Shown here in pieces: positions 44,954-56,300 of a stretch of DNA of 64,000 bases. The first letter of the stretch is position 1. Each line of letters begins with the position of its first letter. The stretch covers positions 13,837,921 through 13,901,920 of the forward strand of contig CM082581.2 in NCBI GenBank assembly GCA_040954595.2, written 5' to 3'. The notes beneath the pieces were generated by a model, which searched no databases, was not told the origin of the DNA, and saw only the letters and a program-made list of their open reading frames with translations. A program made the translations under genes and the position numbers. The stretch is from Balanoglossus misakiensis (Eukaryota; Animalia; Hemichordata).

Positions 44954-47604
44954 TCATATGAGATTGACAAACTTGGGTATTCCAGGTAGCTCAGATAAGT
45001 ACAGAGATGGGCGGGGATTAGATGCGTGTTCTCGATTGTGTCTCACCACAGAAGACCACGCGGAATTCTGTCCCGAAACGAAAATGGCTGCACCTGAAAT
45101 AGAGGTGTCAAATGGGGTTATAATGTTACGGTGGCAATTGGCTCTTGTGGTAAATTGTGAGAATATGGCTCTCTGTGGTACTGGTCTCTGAGATTTTCTT
45201 TTTTCCACGCGCAGAATTTGTCCACAGTAATATGGAAACCTTATATCCCACTACAAAGATTCCTGACATTGTTTGTGAAATAACTTGGTTGCAGTCCAAT
45301 TCCGGGAAGTCCAATGGCTGTTACATATACCACTGAAGTCTATGTAAAAGTTCTTCGCAGATTTACCGCGCTTTGTCAGCAATTTTCCGGTCGCTCTCGC
45401 TGATCAACAAATCGTCTGACACGCTATTTAAAATTCATACTACGACATTAAACCGACTTACGTTCGCAAATCTCTTGTTCCAGGAGTGATAGAAAATACC
45501 CATCGTTCCAAGCGGAGATGTCATGAGATAGTTTTCTTGTCATGGCGATGACGTCAGCTGAGGAATACACCATTGGTATCCTTGGTGCTAGGTATTTTAC
45601 TATGCCCTACGACAAAGACATTTCAAAATTAAATTAGTTGGTGCGTTTATCTTATTCCGACCTCAAACTTTAATTTATGTTGCTCACAATATTGTTGTTC
45701 CATGCGTCGCAAAAGAGGGCACTAGAAGGCCCCCAGGTTAATGATGACCAGCAATTATTTTACGCTTACCCACGAAATTCCAGGAGGTTGCGAGACGTAC
45801 ACGCATTTCAGACCATATTTTTCTAAGAAACTAATCATCGCTGATGGAAGCACACGTGCAGTCTGTAAAATAAACTCTTCCTTTTTCTGACAGGCAGATA
45901 AACTGGAAACCACTGTCGATTTATCTGTACAACTGAAGTGGCAAAATTGTGATAAATTACAGTGGCATAAACCAAGGAAAAAGGAATTTGACTGCAGTCT
46001 GATAAAAATCAAGAGAAACATAGTTCATTGGAAGAGACACAGAGTAAATATTTATTATTTCAATATGGTAGACTCAACGCAAAACTTACATTTCGCCGAG
46101 CTTGTTTTTCCAATGCAAGGCTACAAACGGTCGCCCGTCGCAGATGCTGCGCACGATGGCTTCTGCCGCTAGTCTGATAGAGGGCACCCTCACAAAATGT
46201 GACCGGACAACTTGTTCCAAGTGGTCTCCGTATTCAAAGTTCGTGTTGTTGAAATCTAAGGGTTGGTACAATCCGAGGCACTTCTGGTGCTGGCTTAAAA
46301 GTATCGTCCGAATTGTTTCTACCTGGCTCTTCGGTAAAGCTTCCGCTCCAGGCGTACTGATACTAAACGCGTCCCACAAGTTCTGGCGTTCTTTTGCATA
46401 TGTGGTTTTATAGTTGACCATGTTGATGGCAGTTTGGGCGAAGTGGGGAGCACCGATCACGACTTCTACTTCGTGACTGCACTGCGAGGCAAACTCCTCG
46501 ACAGTGGCAACTGGCACAATGTCTTGTAAACTTTCCACGCTGTATGTCCTGTTGAAAGGTATAGCATCAGCTACTCCGCCAGCATGGTCTTCAAAAAACG
46601 GTATTAGCACGATTGTTCTGTTCAGGAACATAGCAAACTTGGCGGCAGTTTCGAAACTTTCAAACTGGCCACTGAGTCCAAGACCGTGGGACTGCATCGG
46701 AAAGAGATATCTCTTCCCAGGTGCGCTTCTAGCCTATAGATCAATACAGCAAAAAGACAAAAAAGTGTTTTGCATTAAGTTCCGCCTCCTCGCAAAATGT
46801 AAGCCCACAAGTTCTATCCTTGGCGACAGTGGTACAACTTAAATTAAAATGTTCCATCTGATCGTTGCAACCAGTCAATACATTCACATTTCATCCGATG
46901 CGAAAACAGATATCTACAGAATTCAACGAACAATGCAATTCGGTGAATCCATGTTGAATACTTGCATTGATCGGGAAGCACATCCACTGAACGGATTTGC
47001 TTTTGTTCGAGTAAATGTCAGAACAGCTTGCACGCTCTTGTTTCATCAATAGAGACACATAGGTTGTATTGAAACGAACAATCAACTTTTCGAAATCACA
47101 TCGCACTCTATAGATTCCCTCCTGACCTCTTAAGCACAATGCTTTACTGGCGTGGTCACATTTGGAGCTTAGCAATTGATACACATGTCATGTATCACAA
47201 TAAAATTTATCGAGATTTGAATTAAACGAAATATTCTACAGCACCGATATTGTCATGGCAACCTCTGCTATAACTTCTGTTTTCAAGCGACGTGGCCCGG
47301 TCGCCTGATCACGTTCAAATTTAAAGATACTTTCAAATTGTAGTGCCTCTCCAGTAAGTATGTCTGTCATCTCCACACTTACCTCAGATGCATCTGCCCT
47401 ACACGGTAGTGTATAGCATCTTGATAGCATTTCCCTGTTGAGATGAAATCGTGGTGTGTGATTGTCCTGCGGCGATGGTTCAAGTGCTTTGTAGTAATAC
47501 AACAGCGACATCGTCAGGGTGAGCGAAAAGACAGACGAAAGGAAAATGTTGAAAATCATCGCGTTCCTCGACATCATATTCAAGCGCTTCAGCAGATGGA
47601 ACAT
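44954..47604 (-). CDS. GDP-fucose protein O-fucosyltransferase-like (O-FucT, GT-B) type II membrane glycosyltransferase, 5 exons
   Basis: Exon 1 (47604 to ~47383) has an N-terminal transmembrane anchor, IFNIFLSSVFSLTLTMSLLYYY. Exon 2 (46733 to ~46090) has QFESFETAAKFAMFLNRTIVLIPF and GRPFVALHWKNKLGE. Later exons give CVYVSQP, LSLLEQEICERAAIFVSGQNSAWS and end at stop 44954. These match the O-FucT pattern (A..LnRTlVLP, alHxR, eq.iC..a..F.gs..S). Confidence 0.8.
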
Positions 47605-48193
47605 CCAGTCCTATTTTTCTCCGAGCGTAAATGTCCTGTTCACTGACGTCTATGTGATAAAGCTAGCCGCCATGACATGACCGATGGAGCAAAGAGTTAG
47701 TAGGTCTTCGTGCTGTAATAGTAAGGGTTAACATATAAGCTCCACCGTAAATATTCGGTATGCAATCTGAACACCCGGGCCTTCGTCATTTGCCAAAATT
47801 CCACTGTTTTGACTGTGCCATACATAAAGGACAGAGACCTGGACCATGGAAACGCCAGAAACTTCTGTACGCAATAATAGTAAACCTAAAACTGGAGGAA
47901 AACTGATGGCAACATATATACTCCTGCTAATACGGCTACTGTAAATGTCCACCCTTTGGTTTAATACTGAAACGTGTGACACAGCGCGACAGCTGTTTGG
48001 ACACAGGGCGGGATGATCTCAATCCGTCATTCTTTGACTAGAGAAGCGCCACCAACATCACATTTATTTACAATGACTATCAAAATTTATAGGTCGCACA
48101 ACGGAGCACACTTACGATGACCAAATCCGGTCTACAACGACAACAAAGGGATTCTACCTACTGTCATAGCAACGGATTAGTTGACTGGTCATA

Positions 48194-50355
48194 TGGGAAC
48201 AAAGAGGTAAGTCTACCTCCAATTTATTCAGATTTACCACAAAAGTATGGGGCACAACAGCCGTTCACAAATTCCTTCTTGACTAGACACGCCCGAGAAA
48301 TATACTGTCTGTAAGCATTTGACGATACATGGCGCAGAAATCAATCGGCATGATCACAAGATTTCATAGAAATCAACAATTCAATGTTCACTTTGGCGAC
48401 CATTTTGAATTTTTTAAATATATTGATTAGTCAGGGCTCCTGTTTAATATGTGTACTCAGTAATTTCTTATTTCATTACTTTTATTGGAGGATCTTCAGA
48501 AATCCTCGAAGCTGAGAAAGCACTAAGAAGTTTTTAATGAGGTTTTTTTCCAAGTGCACACAGTACAAGAACAAAATCATGCAAATATCAGCAGCCATCG
48601 CTTCCTTTATAGTGCACAGTTTGAAGATATATAGCAGGCAGTGTTACAGGTGCTTGGTTTTACCAGAAACGACTTAATTTATTGTATTATACTTTGAATA
48701 AATTATGACGTTGATTTTAATAAAATATCACTAAAATGAAGTACATGTGTGGGCTGTTATTCTTAATTATTAAAAATCAGTATATACACACACCACTTAT
48801 TGCTTCTGTACATATTATTATTGTATTGATTTCCGACTTTGCCAATTTTTTCACATTTTCATGGGTTATAGCTCATGAAAATCATCAAAATTTGACAATT
48901 TTCCGACCTCGCCACTTTCTTTATTTTTTCACATTTTCATGGGTTATAGCTCATGAAAATCATCAAATTCTGACAATTTTCCGACCAATCCAATTTCTTC
49001 ATTTTTTCACATTTTCATGGGTTATAGCTCATGAAAATCATCAAAATCTGCCAATTTTCCGACCAATCCAATTTCTTCATTTTTTCACATTTTCATGGGT
49101 TACAGCTCATGATAATCATCAAAATTTGACAATTTTCTGACCTCGCCAATTTCTTCATTTTTTCACATTTTCATGGGTTATAGCTCATGATAATCATCAA
49201 ATTCTGACAATTTTCCGAGCTATCCAATTTCTTCATTTTTTCACATTTTCATGGGTTATAGCTCATGAAAATCATCAAAATCTGCCAATTTTCCGACCTA
49301 TCCAATTTTCTGAACAAAGAGATCGATATTGTGATTTAAAAACATGGCGACTGGAACTTCGAGGTTGAGGACGTTTGCTATAGCTACTTTGTGCTATTTG
49401 GAGATGAAATACACTTGACTTTGGGAACAAAGAGGTAAGTCTACCTCCAATTTATTCAGATTTACCACAAAAGTATGGGGCACAACAGCCGTTCACAAAT
49501 TCCTTCTTGACTAGACATGCCCGAGAAATATACTGTCTGTAAGCATTTGACGATACATGGCGCAGAAATCAATCGGCATGATCACAAGATTTCATAGAAA
49601 TCAACAATTCGATGTTCACTTTGGCGACCATTTTGAATTTTTTAAATATATTGATTAGTCAGGGCTCCTGTTTAATATGTGTACTCAGTAATTTCTTATT
49701 TCACTACTTTTATTGGAGGATCTTCAGAAATCCTCGAAGCTGAGAGAGCACTAATAAGTTTTTTATGAGGTTTTTTCCAAGTGCACACAGTACAAGAACA
49801 AAATCATGCAAATATCAACAGCCATCGCTACCTTTATAGTGCACAGTTTGAAGATATATAGCAGGCAGTGTTACAGGTGCTTGGTTTTACCAGAAACGAC
49901 TTAATTTATTGTATTATACTTTGAAAAAATTATGACGTTGATTTTAATAAAATATCACTAAAATGAAGTACATGTGTGGGCTGTTATTCTTAATTATTAA
50001 AAATCAGTATATACACACACCACTTATTGCTTCTGTACATATTATTATTGTATTGATTTCCGACTTTGCCAATTTTTTCACATTTTCATGGGTTATACCT
50101 CATGAAAATCATCAAATTCTGACAATTTTCCGACCTCGCCAATTTCTTCATTTTTTCATGGGTTATAGCTCATGAAAATCATCAAAATCTATCAATTTTC
50201 CGACCTATCCAATTTCTTCATTTTTTCACATTTTCATGGGTTATAGCTCATGTAAATCATCAAAATCTGCCAATTTTCCGACCTATCCAATTTCTTCATT
50301 TTTTCATTTTCATGGGTTATGGCTCATGAAAATCATGAAAATTTGACAATTTTCT
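48194..50355. repeat. Tandem segmental duplication (~1.23 kb period): ~650 bp unique segment plus 78-bp minisatellite, two copies
   Basis: The segment starting TGGGAACAAAGAGGTAAGT at 48194 recurs at 49422 with only scattered differences. The identical short ORF starts at 48736 and 49963 are 1227 bp apart. Confidence 0.95.
48845..49310 (+). repeat. 78-bp minisatellite, 6 copies (4 more degenerate copies at ~50073-50355)
   Basis: The ATGGGTTA anchor falls at 48861, 48939, 49017, 49095, 49173 and 49251 (period 78). Second cluster at 50088, 50158, 50236 and 50312. Confidence 0.95.
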
Positions 50356-53300
50356 GAAATTCGTCGATTATTGAAGAAATCATGGGTTATAGGTCAGGAA
50401 AAACGTCAAAAATCGCCGATTTTTCGACTTTTCCGAACTTTCGAAATTCGTCGATTTTTGAAGAAATCATGGGTTATAGCCCAGGAAAATCGTCAAAAAT
50501 CGCCGATTTTTCGACTTTTCCGAACTTTCGAAATTCGTCGATTTTTGAAGGAATCATGGGTTATAGCCCAGGAAAATCGTCAAAAATCGCCGATTTTTCG
50601 ACTTTTCCGAACTTTCGAAATTCGTCGATTTTTGAAGAAATCATGGGTTATAGCCCACGAAAATCGTCAAAAATCGCCGATTTTTCGACTTTTCCGAACT
50701 TTCGAAATTCGTCGATTTTTGAAGGAATCATGGGTTATAGCCCAGGAAAATCGTCAAAAATCGCCGATTTTTCGACTTTTCCGAACTTTCGAAATTCGTC
50801 GATTTTTGAAGGAATCATGGGTTATAGCCCGGGAAAATCGTCAAAAATCGCCGATTTTTCGACTTTTCCGAACTTTCGAAATTCGTCGATTTTTGAAGAA
50901 ATCATGGGTTATAGCTCAGGAAAATCGTCAAAAATCGCCGATTTTTCGACTTTTCCGAACTTTCGAAATTCGTCGATTTTTGAAGAAATCATGGGTTATA
51001 GCCCAGGAATATCGTCAAAAATCGCCGATTTTTCGACTTTTCCGAACTTTCGAAATTCGTCGATTTTTGAAGAAATCATGGGTTATAGCCCAGGAAAATC
51101 GTCAAAAATCGCCGATTTTTCGACTTTTCCGAACTTTCGAAATTCGTCGATTTTTGAAGAAATCATGGGTTATAGCCCAGGAAAATCGTCAAAAATCGCC
51201 GATTTTTCGACTTTTCCGAACTTTCGAAATTCATCGATTTTTGAAGAAATCATGGGTTATAGCCCAGGAAAATCGTCAAAAATCGCCGATTTTTCGACTT
51301 TTCCGAACTTTCGAAATTCGTCGATTTTTGAAGAAATCATGGGTTATAGCTCAGGAAAATCGTCAAAAATCGCCGATTTTTCGAGTTTTCCCAACTTTCG
51401 AAATTCGTCGAATTTTGAAGAAATCATGGGTTATAGCCCAGGAAAATCGTCAAAAATCGCCGATTTTTCGAGTTTTCCCAACTTTCGAAATTCGTCGATT
51501 TTCGAAGAAATCATGGGTTATAGCCCAGGAAAATCGTCAAAAATCGCCGATTTTTCGACTTTTCCGAACTTTCGAAGTTCGTCGATTTTTGAAGAAATCA
51601 TGGGTTATAGCCCAGGAAAATCGTCAAAAATCGCCGATTTTTCGAGTTTTCCCAACTTTCGAAATTCGTCGAATTTTGAAGAAATCATGGGTTATAGCCC
51701 AGGAAAATCGTCAAAAATCGCCGATTTTTCGAGTTTTCCCAACTTTCGAAATTCGTCGATTTTTGAAGAAATCATGGGTTATTGCCCAGAAAAATCGTCA
51801 AAAATCGCCGATTTTTCGAGTTTTCCCAACTTTCGAAATTCGTCGATTTTTGAAGAAATCATGGGTTATAGCCCAGGAAAATCGTCAAAAATCGCCGATT
51901 TTTCGAGTTTTCCGAACTTTCGAAATTCGTCGATTTTTGAAGAAATCGTGGGTTATAGCTCAGGAAAATCGTCAAAAATCGCCGATTTTTCGACTTTTCC
52001 CAACTTTCGAAATTCGTCGATTTTTGAAGAAATCGTGGGTTATAGCTCAGGAAAATCGTCAAAAATCGCCGATTTTTCGACTTTTCCCAACTTTCGAAAT
52101 TCGTCGATTTTTGAAGAAATCGTGGATTATAGCTCAGGAAAATCGTCAAAAATCGCCGATTTTTCGACTTTTCCCAACTTTCGAAATTCGTCGATTTTTG
52201 AAGAAATCGTGGGTTATAGCTCAGGAAAATCGTCGAAAATCGCCGATTTTTCGACTTTTCCCAACTTTCGAAATTCGTCGATTTTTGAAGAAATCGTGGG
52301 TTATAGCTCAGGAAAATCGTCGAAAATCGCCGACTTTTCGACTTTTCCCAACTTTCGAAATTCGTCGATTTTTGAAGAAATCATGGGTTATAGCTCAGGA
52401 AAATCGTCGAAAATCGCCGATTTTTCGACTTTTCCCAACTTTCGAAATTCGTCGATTTTTGAAGAAATCATGGGTTATAGATCAGGAAAATCGTCGAAAA
52501 TCGCCGATTTTTCGACTTTTCCCAACTTTCGAAATTCGTCGATTTTTGAAGAAATCATGGGTTATAGCCCAGGAAAATCGTCGAAAATCGCCGATTTTTC
52601 GAGTTTTCCCAACTTTCGAAATTCGTCGATTTTTGAAGAAATCATGGGTTATAGCCCAGGAAAATCGTCGAAAATCGCCGATTTTTCGAGTTTTCCGAAC
52701 TTTCGAAATTCGTCGATTTTTGAAGAAATCATGGGTTATAGCCCAGGAAAATCGTCAAAAATCGCCGATTTTTCGAGTTTTCCGAACTTTCGAAATTCGT
52801 CGATTTTTGAAGAAATCTTGGGTTATAGCTCAGGAAAATCGTCAAAAATCGCCGATTTTTCGACTTTTCCCAACTTTCGAAATTCGTCGATTTTTGAAGA
52901 AATCATGGGTTATAGCTCAGGAAAATCGTCGAAAATCGCCGATTTTTCGACTTTTCCCAACTTTCGAAATTCGTCGATTTTTGAAGAAATCATGGGTTAT
53001 AGCTCAGGAAAATCGTCGAAAATCGCCGATTTTTCGACTTTTCCCAACTTTCGAAATTCGTCGATTTTTGAAGAAATCATGGGTTATAGCTCAGGAAAAT
53101 CGTCGAAAATCGCCGATTTTTCGACTTTTCCCAACTTTCGAAATTCGTCGATTTTCGAAGAAATCATGGGTTATAGCTCAGGAAAATCGTCGAAAATCGC
53201 CGATTTCTCGACTTTTCCCAACTTTCGAAATTCGTCGATTTTCGAAGAAATCATGGGTTATAGCTCAGGAAAATCGTCGAAAATCGCCGATTTCTCGACT

Positions 53301-56300
53301 TTTCCCAACTTTCGAAATTCGTCGATTTTCGAAGAAATCATGAGTTATAGCTCAGGAAAATCGTCGAAAATCGCCGATTTCTCGACTTTTCCCAACTTTC
53401 GAAATTCGTCGATTTTTGAAGAAATCATGGGTTATAGCTCAGGAAAATCGTCGAAAATCGCCGATTTCTCGACTTTTCCCAACTTTCGAAATTCGTCGAT
53501 TTTTGAAGAAATCATGGGTTATAGCTCAGGAAAACCGTCGAAAATCGCCGATTTCTCGACTTTTCCCAACTTTCGAAATTCGTCGATTTTTGAAGAAATC
53601 ATGGGTTATAGCTCAGGAAAATCGTCGAAAATCGCCGATTTTTCGACTTTTCCCAACTTTCGAAATTCGTCGATTTTTGAAGAAATCATGGGTTATAGCT
53701 CAGGAAAATCGTCGAAAATCGCCGATTTTTCGACTTTTCCCAACTTTCGAAATTCGTCGATTTTTGAAGAAATCATGGGTTATAGCTCAGGAAAATCGTC
53801 GAAAATCGCCGATTTTTCGACTTTTCCCAACTTTCGAAATTCGTCGATTTTCGAAGAAATCATGGGTTATAGCCCAGGAAAATCGTCAAAAATCGCCGAT
53901 TTTTCGACTTTTCCGAACTTTCGAAGTTCGTCGATTTTTGAAGAAATCATGGGTTATAGCCCAGGAAAATCGTCAAAAATCGCCGATTTTTCGAGTTTTC
54001 CCAACTTTCGAAATTCGTCGAATTTTGAAGAAATCATGGGTTATAGCCCAGGAAAATCGTCAAAAATCGCCGATTTTTCGAGTTTTCCCAACTTTCGAAA
54101 TTCGTCGATTTTTGAAGAAATCATGGGTTATTGCCCAGAAAAATCGTCAAAAATCGCCGATTTTTCGAGTTTTCCCAACTTTCGAAATTCGTCGATTTTT
54201 GAAGAAATCATGGGTTATAGCCCAGGAAAATCGTCAAAAATCGCCGATTTTTCGAGTTTTCCGAACTTTCGAAATTCGTCGATTTTTGAAGAAATCGTGG
54301 GTTATAGCTCAGGAAAATCGTCAAAAATCGCCGATTTTTCGACTTTTCCCAACTTTCGAAATTCGTCGATTTTTGAAGAAATCGTGGGTTATAGCTCAGG
54401 AAAATCGTCAAAAATCGCCGATTTTTCGACTTTTCCCAACTTTCGAAATTCGTCGATTTTTGAAGAAATCGTGGGTTATAGCTCAGGAAAATCGTCAAAA
54501 ATCGCCGATTTTTCGACTTTTCCCAACTTTCGAAATTCGTCGATTTTTGAAGAAATCGTGGGTTATAGCTCAGGAAAATCGTCGAAAATCGCCGATTTTT
54601 CGACTTTTCCCAACTTTCGAAATTCGTCGATTTTTGAAGAAATCGTGGGTTATAGCTCAGGAAAATCGTCGAAAATCGCCGACTTTTCGACTTTTCCCAA
54701 CTTTCGAAATTCGTCGATTTTTGAAGAAATCATGGGTTATAGCTCAGGAAAATCGTCGAAAATCGCCGATTTTTCGACTTTTCCCAACTTTCGAAATTCG
54801 TCGATTTTTGAAGAAATCATGGGTTATAGCTCAGGAAAATCGTCGAAAATCGCCGATTTTTCGACTTTTCCCAACTTTCGAAATTCGTCGATTTTTGAAG
54901 AAATCATGGGTTATAGCCCAGGAAAATCGTCGAAAATCGCCGATTTTTCGAGTTTTCCCAACTTTCGAAATTCGTCGATTTTTGAAGAAATCATGGGTTA
55001 TAGCCCAGGAAAATCGTCGAAAATCGCCGATTTTTCGAGTTTTCCGAACTTTCGAAATTCGTCGATTTTTGAAGAAATCATGGGTTATAGCCCAGGAAAA
55101 TCGTCAAAAATCGCCGATTTTTCGAGTTTTCCGAACTTTCGAAATTCGTCGATTTTTGAAGAAATCTTGGGTTATAGCTCAGGAAAATCGTCAAAAATCG
55201 CCGATTTTTCGACTTTTCCCAACTTTCGAAATTCGTCGATTTTTGAAGAAATCATGGGTTATAGCTCAGGAAAATCGTCGAAAATCGCCGATTTTTCGAC
55301 TTTTCCCAACTTTCGAAATTCGTCGATTTTTGAAGAAATCATGGGTTATAGCTCAGGAAAATCGTCGAAAATCGCCGATTTTTCGACTTTTCCCAACTTT
55401 CGAAATTCGTCGATTTTTGAAGAAATCATGGGTTATAGCTCAGGAAAATCGTCGAAAATCGCCGATTTTTCGACTTTTCCCAACTTTCGAAATTCGTCGA
55501 TTTTCGAAGAAATCATGGGTTATAGCTCAGGAAAATCGTCGAAAATCGCCGATTTCTCGACTTTTCCCAACTTTCGAAATTCGTCGATTTTCGAAGAAAT
55601 CATGGGTTATAGCTCAGGAAAATCGTCGAAAATCGCCGATTTCTCGACTTTTCCCAACTTTCGAAATTCGTCGATTTTCGAAGAAATCATGAGTTATAGC
55701 TCAGGAAAATCGTCGAAAATCGCCGATTTCTCGACTTTTCCCAACTTTCGAAATTCGTCGATTTTTGAAGAAATCATGGGTTATAGCTCAGGAAAATCGT
55801 CGAAAATCGCCGATTTCTCGACTTTTCCCAACTTTCGAAATTCGTCGATTTTTGAAGAAATCATGGGTTATAGCTCAGGAAAACCGTCGAAAATCGCCGA
55901 TTTCTCGACTTTTCCCAACTTTCGAAATTCGTCGATTTTTGAAGAAATCATGGGTTATAGCTCAGGAAAATCGTCGAAAATCGCCGATTTTTCGACTTTT
56001 CCCAACTTTCGAAATTCGTCGATTTTTGAAGAAATCATGGGTTATAGCTCAGGAAAATCGTCGAAAATCGCCGATTTTTCGACTTTTCCCAACTTTCGAA
56101 ATTCGTCGATTTTTGAAGAAATCATGGGTTATAGCTCAGGAAAATCGTCGAAAATCGCCGATTTTTCGACTTTTCCCAACTTTCGAAATTCGTCGATTTT
56201 TGAAGAAATCATGGGTTATAGCTCAGGAAAATCGTCGAAAATCGCCGATTTTTCGACTTTTCCCAACTTTCGAAATTCGTCGATTTTTGAAGAAATCATG

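Noticed and set aside
48736-50175. Duplicated short ORFs MKYMCGLLFLIIKNQ...
   Set aside because: AT-rich chance ORFs running into the 78-bp minisatellite, with no recognisable domain.
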